From the NCBI GenBank assembly GCA_039679675.1, contig JBDKUN010000050.1:1-64000 (forward strand): 64,000 nucleotides of DNA, written 5' to 3'. The position numbers and the translations under genes are program-made. The notes below the pieces were generated by a model. The model saw only the letters and a program-made list of their open reading frames with translations. It made no database searches and was not told where the DNA came from. Below, piece by piece: positions 28,843 through 38,541 of this stretch (position 1 is the stretch's first letter; each line of letters opens with the position of its first letter). Origin of the DNA: Armatimonadota bacterium (GTDB taxonomy: Bacteria > Armatimonadota > UBA5829 > DTLH01).

Positions 28843-30230
28843 TGTCCAGACCCCCGCCCGGTCATCGTACGAAGATCGAGTACCCTGTCCAGCTCCTCTT
28901 CGTCCATCAGATCCTGCTCAAGTGCGATCTCCCGTATACTCTTGTTCGAACTCAATGCTTCTTTGGCTATATCCGCTGCCTTCAGATACCCAATATGCGG
29001 GGAAAGCGCTGTAACAACCGCCTCGCTCTCTTCTGCATATTTCTCAGCCGTCTCTCTATTCGCGGTTATCCCTTCGATGCATCGACTTGAGAGGACAAGC
29101 GCAGCGCGCGAAAGAATCCTGACCGACTGGAGCAAGTTATAAGCCACAACCGGCAGCATGACATTCAGTTCCATCTGTCCAGCCTGTACCGCGAGCGCCA
29201 CTGTAGTGTCGTTTCCCACCACCTGGAACCCGACCATATCGACCATTTCAGGGATGGACGGGTTGACCTTTCCGGGCATAATCGACGACCCAGGTTGGAC
29301 TGCGGGCAGCCTGATCTCGGCAAACCCCGTCTTCGGGCCTGAAGAAAGGAGCCTGAGGTCATTGGAAATCCTGATCATTTCTAGCGCGAGGAGCCTCAGA
29401 GCTGACGATACAAGCGAAAAGTCTGCTGCGCTCTGTGTAATTTCAAATAGGTTCTCTGCAGGTTGCAATTCGAGTTCTGTCAACTTCGAAAGCCGGTCTA
29501 CGACGATTGGCTGATAGCCCGGAGGTGTGTTTATCCCCGTGCCGACGGCTGTTGCACCGAGGTTCACCCGTTTGAGCGCGTCTGCCGACTCTCTTATACG
29601 TTCGATGGCCCTTTCGACCGCTGCTGCGTAGCCTCCGAACTCCTGTCCAAGCGTAATCGGGACGGCGTCCTGGAGATGCGTCCGCCCAGCAGTCAGAATA
29701 TCCGCAAACTCTTCGGACTTTGATGTAAAAGCATCCCTCAGCCGCTCCACAGCCGGATAAAGCTCCCGTTCCAGCTTCCATAGCGCAGCAATGCGAAGCG
29801 CGGTCGGAAAGGCATCGTTTGTGGACTGGGACATGTTGACGTGGTCGTTCGGGCCGATCTTTTTGTAGTTCCCTCTGGGCTCATCTATAAGCGCGAGCGC
29901 CCGGTTTGCGATAACCTCGTTCGCGTTCATGTTGAACGACGTGCCGGCCCCCGCCTGGTAGACATCTACAGGGAACTGGTTATCGAATATCCCCTCCATC
30001 ACTTCACGCGCAGCCTGGACGATCAGGTTTCCGATCTCAGGGTCGAGAACCGAAAGTTCCATATTCGCCTGCGCTGCCGCCGCTTTGATAGCGCCTATTG
30101 CGCGCGGCATCTCGGAAGGATAGCTGAGGCCGCTTATGGGGAAGTTTTCGATGGACCTTTCCGTATGAATGCCCCAGTAGACATCTTTGGGGACCGTTCT
30201 CTCGCCCAGGGCGTCACGTTCCACACGCAT
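28839..30230 (-). CDS. aspA: Aspartate ammonia-lyase (fumarase/aspartase family)
   Basis: [42 protein letters not shown]; start placed at ATG 30230 (GAGG upstream). Confidence 0.85.
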   Translation of the reverse strand: MRVERDALGERTVPKDVYWGIHTERSIENFPISGLSYPSEMPRAIGAIKAAAAQANMELSVLDPEIGNLIVQAAREVMEGIFDNQFPVDVYQAGAGTSFNMNANEVIANRALALIDEPRGNYKKIGPNDHVNMSQSTNDAFPTALRIAALWKLERELYPAVERLRDAFTSKSEEFADILTAGRTHLQDAVPITLGQEFGGYAAAVERAIERIRESADALKRVNLGATAVGTGINTPPGYQPIVVDRLSKLTELELQPAENLFEITQSAADFSLVSSALRLLALEMIRISNDLRLLSSGPKTGFAEIRLPAVQPGSSIMPGKVNPSIPEMVDMVGFQVVGNDTTVALAVQAGQMELNVMLPVVAYNLLQSVRILSRAALVLSSRCIEGITANRETAEKYAEESEAVVTALSPHIGYLKAADIAKEALSSNKSIREIALEQDLMDEEELDRVLDLRTMTGRGSGH

Positions 30231-30268
30231 CGTTATGCCTCTTTCTTCAAGTTGACTGCCTGAAGTAT

Positions 30269-30293
30269 ATACCCCGTATAACCGGCTCGAAAC
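30269..30293 (-). promoter_or_regulatory. SigB/SigF-type promoter of the aspA-nuoB-nuoCD-nuoG-nuoI operon
   Basis: GTTT-N15-GGGTAT, 38 nt upstream of the aspA ATG. Confidence 0.5.
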
Positions 30294-30315
30294 CATCCGC
30301 AAAGCACCTGTTCTC

Positions 30316-30341
30316 GTTTAGCGCAACCGGCACGGGGGTAC
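30316..30341 (+). promoter_or_regulatory. SigB/SigF-type promoter
   Basis: GTTT-N16-GGGTAC, divergent from the aspA promoter. Confidence 0.5.
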
Positions 30342-30439
30342 ATCAATTGTGGTTGGAGGCCGCTCGACTGATACTGCAAACCGGTTATGATCTCAGTTGG
30401 CGCGGAGTCTGATCTTGAGCGCAAGGAGGGTTAAACCAG

Positions 30440-31372
30440 ATGAGATACAAACTACTGCTGGTCGGTCTGGTCTTCAGCATGGCTATAATCTCACTAGGAG
30501 CCGTCGCCGATGGAACGGCGCCAAGCGCAGCCGGTCCGTCGGAAACAACCGTGACCGGAACTATTACTGCGCGTAACGGAAACCTGGTAACTCTGGCCGC
30601 GGATGACGGGAAGACCTATAAAGTCGATGCTGCAGACGCAACAGTCCTTCTGGACCAGCTGCCCGGAAACTGTTTGAGCCTGCGCATCGGTGACAAGATG
30701 CGTGTCTATGGCAATCTGACCGGGGACAACTGCCTCAAGGCCTCTAGAGTGCATATATTCCTGTCCGACACCGAAGCAGCCGCAACGAGCGTACCTGCCG
30801 GAGCAGGCGCGGGAGTAAAGGAAGACGATTCGGATGTAAGACTGCCTTCGGTCGGCGATACACTTGGCAGCTGGCGGAACAGGGGGCTTGTCCTGGACGT
30901 CAGATATTCCGACAGGCTGGTAACCGTCGCGACATCGAAAGGTGAATTCATTATAGATGTAAGCGCGGCGACCATTGTCGACACAAACAGGACGGTCTCG
31001 CTTGCCCATATAGGACAAGGCGACGCGGTTAGAATATGGGGAGAGGTCAACGGACTTAACAAAATCCGCGCTGACAGGATTGAGCTACTGCGTGGAAAAG
31101 GAAACCAGGAAGCTTCGGTCCAGCTGAAGCCGGTTAGTCTGAAAGGCCAGATAGTATATATCGATTATCCGTCGTTTACATTCAAGCTCAAAACCGATAC
31201 AGTGGAGGTCAGGATTCTCTCGGATGAAAACACTTTCATCCACCTGCAGTCGGAACGAAAGGCCTTTCAGAACCTTGCCATAGGACAGATAGTGAAGGTG
31301 GATGCTATCGGCAATCTGAACACAGGCTATGTCGCAAGCAGAATCCTGATTGTAGGAGACCCCGGAAGATAG
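30440..31372 (+). CDS. Secreted protein with three DUF5666/OB-fold-like repeats
   Basis: Signal peptide; three repeats of G-x-I...L-x-IG-x-x-(M/V)-R/K-V-x-G...A-x-R-(V/I). Confidence 0.7.
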   Translation: MRYKLLLVGLVFSMAIISLGAVADGTAPSAAGPSETTVTGTITARNGNLVTLAADDGKTYKVDAADATVLLDQLPGNCLSLRIGDKMRVYGNLTGDNCLKASRVHIFLSDTEAAATSVPAGAGAGVKEDDSDVRLPSVGDTLGSWRNRGLVLDVRYSDRLVTVATSKGEFIIDVSAATIVDTNRTVSLAHIGQGDAVRIWGEVNGLNKIRADRIELLRGKGNQEASVQLKPVSLKGQIVYIDYPSFTFKLKTDTVEVRILSDENTFIHLQSERKAFQNLAIGQIVKVDAIGNLNTGYVASRILIVGDPGR

Positions 31373-31675
31373 ATATTCCGCTGTGCTGAACTCCAGTTAT
31401 GTACTGAGGCCGGAGCAAACACCGTTCCGGCCTTAATTATGTGTAGGCCGTAATTTTCAGAATATTTGAAGGAACTCAACATCCGGTTGCTTAACTCCTC
31501 TATTGAGTTTCGAGAATGATGCAGCAAAGCTGCGGACACATAACCAGTCATTGATAACACTGTACCTGTTGGTTTCACGCCTAAACTCGAAACTCTCCCG
31601 GAAGGAGTTTTGGCTGAAACAATATCTAGCACTCATTGCATTAGCTGCCAAAACTCTGTAAATAGTGGAGAGATT

Positions 31676-32653
31676 ATGATGAAAAAAATAGCAGTTATGA
31701 CGAGCGGGGGAGATGCCCCCGGTATGAATGCATGCGTGAGGTCCGTAGTCCGCTACGGTATGAACGCAGGAGTGAGTGTGCTCGGAATCCGGCGCGGGTT
31801 CGCAGGACTGATGAATAACGATATCATCGAGATGGACAGCCGCTCGGTCGGCGGGATCATCCGGCTTGGCGGCACTATCCTTATGAGCGCAAGAGCGCTT
31901 GAGTTCAAGACGCCGGAAGGGCAGCAGCTCGCACTGGAGACAATCTCAGCCTGGGGAATAGAAGGTGTCGTTGTGATCGGCGGCGACGGGTCGCTCCATG
32001 GCGCTCGGACCCTGCATGAGCTTGGCATTCCTACCATAGGAGTCCCGGCATCCATAGACAATGACATCGCCTTCACTGAGATGGCAATAGGTGTAGATAC
32101 AGCACTTAACACTATCCTCGACGCGGTGGACAAGATCAAAGATACCGCAAGCGCGCACCAGCGGGCGTTCATTATAGAGGTCATGGGGCGCAGGCACGGC
32201 TATCTGGCGCTCATGTCCGGTGTTGCGGGGGGAGCTGAGCTTATTATCCTGCCGAACACGGAGATAGACCCGGTATACATAAGCAGGGAAGTCAAAACGG
32301 CAGCCCTCAGAGGAAAGCCCCATTTCATCATCATCGTTGCCGAAGGGGCGGAGATGGAAGGAGAAGAGAGAGTAACAGCCAAGATCGCACATGTAGTACA
32401 AGATGCGGGATTCGATCCGAGGGTCACTGTACTTGGACACGTGCAGCGCGGCGGTTCTCCGACAGCATTCGATAGATTGCTCGGCACTCGCTTCGGAGCC
32501 AGAGCTGTAGAAAATCTGCTGGCAGGCGAGTCCGGCACCATGGCATGCCTTCATGCCGATCATATAATAACCAAGCCGCTTGAGGAAGTCCTCTCGACTC
32601 CGGTTCAATTAAGAGAAGATATTTTAGCCCTGGTGCAGCCATTGGCCAGATAA
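31676..32653 (+). CDS. pfkA: ATP-dependent 6-phosphofructokinase
   Basis: TSGGDAPGMNA, IGGDGS, PASIDND, EVMGR, GHVQRGG. Confidence 0.96.
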   Translation: MMKKIAVMTSGGDAPGMNACVRSVVRYGMNAGVSVLGIRRGFAGLMNNDIIEMDSRSVGGIIRLGGTILMSARALEFKTPEGQQLALETISAWGIEGVVVIGGDGSLHGARTLHELGIPTIGVPASIDNDIAFTEMAIGVDTALNTILDAVDKIKDTASAHQRAFIIEVMGRRHGYLALMSGVAGGAELIILPNTEIDPVYISREVKTAALRGKPHFIIIVAEGAEMEGEERVTAKIAHVVQDAGFDPRVTVLGHVQRGGSPTAFDRLLGTRFGARAVENLLAGESGTMACLHADHIITKPLEEVLSTPVQLREDILALVQPLAR

Positions 32654-32683
32654 ATTCGAACAGGGGAGAAGAATTTAGAAGCT

Positions 32684-33982
32684 ATGCCTTACTTTGGTGA
32701 CTTAGCAGGAAAAACCGAACAACTGCAGCTCTGGCTGGACCTTGCGCATGAGCATGGCGCTGACACAAGCGCCATCGAGTCCGAGATACGCGAAACTATC
32801 AACAAGCTGATAGAAAAATCGCGGGGTCTTCCGCCGCAGCCAGCGTATCCATACGAAGAACCCGACGATCTTGAAACGATCAAAGCACTCAGGCCGAATG
32901 GACCGAGGCGGCTGGAGCTCAATCTGACGGACGATGAGCTCAAAGACAGGATTCTTGGCGCATGGCTGAGCCGCGCGGCTGGATGCACCCTCGGCGTGCC
33001 GGTCGAAGGGCAGAACCGCGCGTTCATAGAAGCGTGGGCGAACAAACTCGGCCAGCCTTATCCACTCGCAGAGTACTGGAACGACCATCCCGGTATTCAG
33101 CATCCACATTATTCCGAGCTGATAAGAAACTACATCAAGGGGAACATCGATCACGTCGGCCCGGATGATGACATAGTGTATACCGTTGCCGGTCTGCTGA
33201 TCCTGGAAAAGTACGGGCCCGATTTCACCACAGAGGATGTCGGGCGAGCCTGGGTAGAATACCTTCCGACTGCCTGCACCTGTACTGCGGAACTCGTGGC
33301 GCTGAAAAACCTGATAAAAGGCCTCACGCCTCCCGAAACAGCGCTTACGGACAACCCTTACGCCGAATGGATCGGCGCAGACATCCGAAGCGACCCCTGG
33401 GCATATGCCGCGCCTGGCATGCCGGAACTCGCAGCCGAGTTTGGATGGCGCGACGCCCGCGTGAGCCACATCCGAAACGGAATTTACGGCGAGATGTTCT
33501 TCTCTGCGGCAATTTCAGCGGCTTTTGCAGTAAAATCACCCCGTGAAGCGCTGCTCGTCGGGCTGACTGAGATACCTGCGAAGTGCAGAATGGCGGAAAC
33601 GGTTACAGAGACGATCGATTGGGTTGATAAAGACCGCGATTGGGACCGAACATGGCATCGAATCGAAGAGAAGTACAAAGGGATGCACCCTGTTCACACG
33701 CTGAACAACGCCGCGATCACTATTTCAGCCCTGCTCTACTCCGAAGGAGACTTCGAGCGGGCAATATCTCTTGCGGTAATGGGTGGAATGGACACTGACT
33801 GCAACGGAGCTACAACCGGGTCGCTTATGGGCGCCATGCTCGGCGCAAAAAACCTGCCTAATAAGTGGACGGAGCCTTTCGGCGACCGCCTGACCACTTA
33901 CATCCATGGGCAGCCTGAGTTCAGTATCTCCGACCTGGTGAATAGAACATTCAATGTGGCAAAGCGCGTAATAGGGCGCTGA
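32684..33982 (+). CDS. ADP-ribosylglycohydrolase family protein
   Basis: GCTLGVPVEG, PDDDIVYT, EWIGADIR, MGGMDTDCNGAT. Confidence 0.88.
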   Translation: MPYFGDLAGKTEQLQLWLDLAHEHGADTSAIESEIRETINKLIEKSRGLPPQPAYPYEEPDDLETIKALRPNGPRRLELNLTDDELKDRILGAWLSRAAGCTLGVPVEGQNRAFIEAWANKLGQPYPLAEYWNDHPGIQHPHYSELIRNYIKGNIDHVGPDDDIVYTVAGLLILEKYGPDFTTEDVGRAWVEYLPTACTCTAELVALKNLIKGLTPPETALTDNPYAEWIGADIRSDPWAYAAPGMPELAAEFGWRDARVSHIRNGIYGEMFFSAAISAAFAVKSPREALLVGLTEIPAKCRMAETVTETIDWVDKDRDWDRTWHRIEEKYKGMHPVHTLNNAAITISALLYSEGDFERAISLAVMGGMDTDCNGATTGSLMGAMLGAKNLPNKWTEPFGDRLTTYIHGQPEFSISDLVNRTFNVAKRVIGR

Positions 33983-34025
33983 TATTGTTAGTTCTAAGGG
34001 CCTTGGATGCAAATCCGAGGCTCTT

Positions 34026-36467
34026 TTATTCTCCTTCCCGCTCTACGACCACTACGGCTGCATCATCACGCAGTTTTCCTCTGGACCAATTGGTAGCGCT
34101 ATCGACAAGCGCCCGTGCGAGTTCATCCGCATGGAGAGCGGAATTTTCGGATAAAATCTGCTGTATACCCTCGAACCCAAGCATCTCGACATCCTGGCGC
34201 GCCTCGTTGATTCCATCCGTATAGAGCACCAGTTTATCCCCAGGGCCCATATGACTGCTGTACTCGTTGTATTCCTGGCCCTTGAGCAGAGAAAGCGGCA
34301 ACTGCCCGGACTTAAGCATCTCAACTGAACCATCCGCCCGGCAGATGACAGCAGGAGGATGTCCGGCGCTTGAATAAGTGATCTCACCGCTGTTCAGGTC
34401 GATTATCGCCAGAAAAACGGTCACAAACGGGCTGAAATCCGACTGTCTGAGCACAAGAACGGAGTTCGCCTTTTCCAGCGATTCTGAAGATGATGTCATC
34501 TCATGCACAAATGCATGCACTGTACTCCGCGTAGTAGCAGCCATCGCTGCCGCCTCAAGTCCCTTGCCGGACACATCACCGATGAGCACCCCAGCCTTGT
34601 CGTCTCCTATCTGAAACACATCGTAGAAATCGCCGCCAATACTGCGCCCAATGTAAACAGGCACATATTCGGCAGCAACACTGTAACCCTCGCCTATATC
34701 CGGGATACCCGGCAGAAGAGCTTCCTGCAGGAGAAGCGAAAAATGCCTTTCGCTTTTCAGTGCGTCTTCGAGATCGTTCCGGCTGCGGGTAAGAGCCTCA
34801 TATAGCCTGATATTATCGATGGCCTGCGCCATTCTGGATGCCATCGCCTCAATCAGTCCCACTTCATCCTCAGTGAACTCTCTCGCTTCCAGCATATCAA
34901 TACGCATCATCCCTACGACCCGGCCACGAGTAATAAGCGGGACAGATATAAGGGACTTCACGCCCTGTTTTTTGATAATTTTATCCTTAATGAGCGGATC
35001 ATTTTTAACGTCGGGTGTATAAACAAGTCTCCGCTCGTTATATACGATACCGGCAACTCCCCTATCTACACTAAGATGGTAACCGGCCAGACCAGGGGCA
35101 CCATGCGAAGCTCTTGCGACAAACTCACGCTTCTCATCGTCGAACATCCATATGCTGCTTGAGTTCACATTGAGGATTTCTGCCATCCTGAGAACGAGTA
35201 TATTTAAAAGCTCCTGCAGGTCTGTTGTAGCAATGCCAGCTTCCGCTATACCCTCAAGAGCACTGACGCGTTCGCCTTCATGTCTGGCCTCATTAAGTGC
35301 CCGCTCCAACTCCCGGCGGAGAGCTATCATTTCGCTTATGTCCTGAACAACGGTCACTGCACCGATAACTTCACCGTTTGCATCCACTATCGGGGCTGCA
35401 GAATTAATTATGGTCGATTTTTTACCGTCAAACCGTTCGATTGTGATAATTTTCCCAACAGTAGTCTTGCCTTTAAGTGCTGCAGCCATAGGCCACTCTT
35501 GAGAGGAAACATGTTCACCCGTTTCGGCCCACCAAGCCGGATAATTGCCATACTCGTATACATTGTTTGCCAGGGGGAGTTGACCTCCCCAGATTACAGA
35601 CACCTGATCGTTGACCTGAAAAACCCTTCCATTTTTGTCGGCGATAAACACACCGACAGGCAGCGCATCGAGTACAGCCTGCAAGCGCCGCCTTTCGGCA
35701 TCCAATGCCTCTTCAACCTGTTTTCGCTGGGTAATATCGGTAATCGCCATCAGCATCGATCTTCGGCCATGAAGTGAGATTATATCTCCTGAAAGAAGCC
35801 CGATGAGCGGCTGTCCCGATCTGGTACGAAGCTTAACCTCATAGTTTCGAACATTTCCCTGCTGCTCCAACTCCTGCACCAGCTCCGCACGATTGGACAG
35901 ATCGTACCACATTTCTATATCCATGGATGTTTTTCCGATAAGCTCATCACGAGGGTAGCCTATCAGACGTTCGAATGTCTCATTGATATCAGCAAATTGC
36001 CCGGTCTCCAGATCGCTGATACTTATCATAACGGGAGCTGATCTAAACACCTTGGTAAATATCTCCTCTGTAAACTTTTGTCTGCGGCGAAATTCCGACT
36101 CGCGCAGCTCGCGCTCGACGGCTGGAGCAAGTCTTACAAGGTTATCTTTCAGAACATAGTCCTGCGCCCCGGCTCTCATAGCATCGACCGCCGTATCCTC
36201 GGTTATCCGCCCGGAGATAATGATGAACGGAATGTCCGGGTCACGAGCGCGGACAAGTTTCAATGCATCCAACCCGCTGAAATTTGGAAGCATGTAGTCG
36301 GATATGATTATGTCCCACCCCTTGGTTTCGAACGCGGCTGCCATCTCCTCACGGGTCTCTACCCGCTGCCAGAGGGGATCGTAACCGCTGCTTCGAAGCG
36401 AATCAATGACGAGCAGCGCGTCATCTTCCGAGTCTTCTACAATCATGATCCGAAGTGGAGTGCTCAT
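34026..36467 (-). CDS. Receiver-PAS-PAS-GAF-PP2C (SpoIIE/RsbU-type) phosphatase
   Basis: N-terminal VEDSEDD...SDYMLP receiver; C-terminal GGDFYD, IGDVSGKG, SAGHPP, LYTDG, DDAA. Start ATG 36467 overlaps the upstream stop. Confidence 0.92.
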   Translation of the reverse strand: MSTPLRIMIVEDSEDDALLVIDSLRSSGYDPLWQRVETREEMAAAFETKGWDIIISDYMLPNFSGLDALKLVRARDPDIPFIIISGRITEDTAVDAMRAGAQDYVLKDNLVRLAPAVERELRESEFRRRQKFTEEIFTKVFRSAPVMISISDLETGQFADINETFERLIGYPRDELIGKTSMDIEMWYDLSNRAELVQELEQQGNVRNYEVKLRTRSGQPLIGLLSGDIISLHGRRSMLMAITDITQRKQVEEALDAERRRLQAVLDALPVGVFIADKNGRVFQVNDQVSVIWGGQLPLANNVYEYGNYPAWWAETGEHVSSQEWPMAAALKGKTTVGKIITIERFDGKKSTIINSAAPIVDANGEVIGAVTVVQDISEMIALRRELERALNEARHEGERVSALEGIAEAGIATTDLQELLNILVLRMAEILNVNSSSIWMFDDEKREFVARASHGAPGLAGYHLSVDRGVAGIVYNERRLVYTPDVKNDPLIKDKIIKKQGVKSLISVPLITRGRVVGMMRIDMLEAREFTEDEVGLIEAMASRMAQAIDNIRLYEALTRSRNDLEDALKSERHFSLLLQEALLPGIPDIGEGYSVAAEYVPVYIGRSIGGDFYDVFQIGDDKAGVLIGDVSGKGLEAAAMAATTRSTVHAFVHEMTSSSESLEKANSVLVLRQSDFSPFVTVFLAIIDLNSGEITYSSAGHPPAVICRADGSVEMLKSGQLPLSLLKGQEYNEYSSHMGPGDKLVLYTDGINEARQDVEMLGFEGIQQILSENSALHADELARALVDSATNWSRGKLRDDAAVVVVEREGE

Positions 36468-36913
36468 GCACACGACCGCCTCTCCGGAAGTGGTTCATTT
36501 AAAACAAGCCAGAATAGCCCAAGTGTCTTCGCTGCCTGTACAAACTCGTCGTAGTCCACAGGTTTGCGCACATAGGCGTTAGCGCCCAGACTGTAGCTTT
36601 TTATAATATCTTCCTCTTCTTTTGATGAGGTAAGGATAATTACCGGAACACAGCTTGTCTCTGGATTAGCCCGGACGGCCTTCAGCACATCGAGCCCGCC
36701 TATCTTTGGCAGCTTCAGGTCCAAAAGCACCACTGCTGGCAGTTTGTGATCGTAGCCTTCATACTTACCCCGCTTGAAAATATAATCGAGGGCTTCCTCT
36801 CCATCATTAGCTACAACTAACCTGTCGCTCAGGCCGCTTTCCCTAAAGGCAAGCAGTGTAAGCTCCACATCATCCGGGTTATCTTCAACCAAGAGTATTC
36901 CGTTATCTTTCAT
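36464..36913 (-). CDS. Single-domain response regulator (Rcp1-like)
   Basis: LLVEDNPDD, LLDLKLPK, LTSS...YSLGANAYVRKP...FWL. Confidence 0.93.
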   Translation of the reverse strand: MKDNGILLVEDNPDDVELTLLAFRESGLSDRLVVANDGEEALDYIFKRGKYEGYDHKLPAVVLLDLKLPKIGGLDVLKAVRANPETSCVPVIILTSSKEEEDIIKSYSLGANAYVRKPVDYDEFVQAAKTLGLFWLVLNEPLPERRSCA

Positions 36914-38484
36914 TTGGCGGCCTCCCCAAGAGTAAAGTAGAACGTAGCGCCCTGGTCTACCGCGCCTTCTGCCCAGATGCGTCCTCCATGCCTGCGTATT
37001 ATGCGTTGAACGAGAGCTAACCCTATGCCAGTCCCCGGAAACTCACTTTCTGTATGCAGACGCTGGAATGGTGAGAACAGTTTGTCTTTGTATTCCGCAT
37101 TGAAACCCGCGCCGTTATCCCGGATGTAATATACCCGCTCCGCATCCTGCTCAACTACTCCGACATCGATTCGAGCAATATTACGTTTACTCGTAAACTT
37201 CCATGCATTTCCAAGAAGATTATCGAGTACAATTCGAAGCAGATGGGCATCGGCACTCACAATAATACCCTCCGCAACGGTAATTTCTGCTTTGCGCTCC
37301 GGGCTCGACTGCATGAATTCTTCAAGAATTTCCTGTGCCATGGCACTCATGTTGATCTGCTGCAAGTGCATCTCGGCGCGTGTAGCACGCGACAGACCGA
37401 GGATGTCATCAATCAGTTGCCCCATACGTTGCGCCGCGTTCCGCACACGCTGGAGATAGTCCTGGCCTTTTTCATCAAGAGATTCTTTATAATCCTTGAG
37501 CAGTGTGCTGCTGAAGCCATCTATTGCTCTAAGAGGCGCGCGAAGATCATGAGAAACGGAGTAGCTGAAAGATTCGAGTTCCTTATTTGCAGCCGCAAGC
37601 TCCGACGTCCGGGCCGCTACCCTCTGTTCGAGTTCGGCGTTCAGAGCTTTAATCTCCATATCGGCTCGCTTTCGCGCAGTGATGTCACGGACGTTAGCCA
37701 TAATGGTATCCCGGCCGGATACCCTGAGCTTGCGCAGATACACTTCCACATCGAACTCATAACCATCATGCAGACGTTTGGCTTTCCACTCGAAAAACGG
37801 TTTATCCCCTTCCAATACTTTATCCCAGACCGGCCGAAGCCAGTCTATCGGAGCGCTGGCAGCGGATATATCGGCTATAGTCAGACTCTTGATCTCATCC
37901 GGGCTGATTCCATACAGCTCAAGCGCCCGTGCATTTACATCAATAATGAAGCCATCGACGGAGTGCAGCAGAATTCCATCATAAACACTGTTAAAAATGG
38001 TGCGGAGCGCCGTTTCCGATTCCCGCAATTCGGCTTCAGTGCGTTTTTTTTCACGGATTTCGGCTTCCAACTGCTCGGATCGCTCCGCAACGCGGATTTT
38101 GGAATCGTGCAGGCTGGACATGGCGATTGTAGCTATCAGACTGGTGATTATGAAGACAATATACTCTACCCATATACCTTTAGCATATATGGTAGTAATT
38201 CCAGGGAAGATGAGAGGAGTGTAGATTGCTATAAAGCTGAACATCCCCAGAAGAAACGCCAAAGCACCGGGGCCTCTGCCGTAAAAATATGCAACCGCGC
38301 CCGCCAGGAGAATATACGGCGATCTGAACGACACAATCGGGGCAAATGGCTTTATCAAAAGCCCCAACACAGTGAGTAATACGACCAGCGCGGCCGCAAT
38401 TATATAACCGATTACCCAACGGCTGGCAGATGCTGTATTGTTATCTGATCCGACTGCGCGAAAAATTGGAGACTGTTCGTCCAT
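36910..38484 (-). CDS. Membrane sensor histidine kinase (DUF4118-like TM region, PAS, HisKA/HATPase)
   Basis: FSYSVSHDLRAPL H-box, NLLGNAWKF, DNGAGF, GTGIGL. Confidence 0.93.
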   Translation of the reverse strand: MDEQSPIFRAVGSDNNTASASRWVIGYIIAAALVVLLTVLGLLIKPFAPIVSFRSPYILLAGAVAYFYGRGPGALAFLLGMFSFIAIYTPLIFPGITTIYAKGIWVEYIVFIITSLIATIAMSSLHDSKIRVAERSEQLEAEIREKKRTEAELRESETALRTIFNSVYDGILLHSVDGFIIDVNARALELYGISPDEIKSLTIADISAASAPIDWLRPVWDKVLEGDKPFFEWKAKRLHDGYEFDVEVYLRKLRVSGRDTIMANVRDITARKRADMEIKALNAELEQRVAARTSELAAANKELESFSYSVSHDLRAPLRAIDGFSSTLLKDYKESLDEKGQDYLQRVRNAAQRMGQLIDDILGLSRATRAEMHLQQINMSAMAQEILEEFMQSSPERKAEITVAEGIIVSADAHLLRIVLDNLLGNAWKFTSKRNIARIDVGVVEQDAERVYYIRDNGAGFNAEYKDKLFSPFQRLHTESEFPGTGIGLALVQRIIRRHGGRIWAEGAVDQGATFYFTLGEAAK

Positions 38485-38541
38485 TTATTCCATCCGGGCA
38501 CACTAATCATAGTGCCGCTGTTAGTATGCCCGTAAGATGGA

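Noticed and set aside
37243..38379. 378-aa + strand ORF (also 51938-52873, 3736-4629, 55038-55865 and similar)
   Set aside because: Shadow or alternative frames of well-supported genes.
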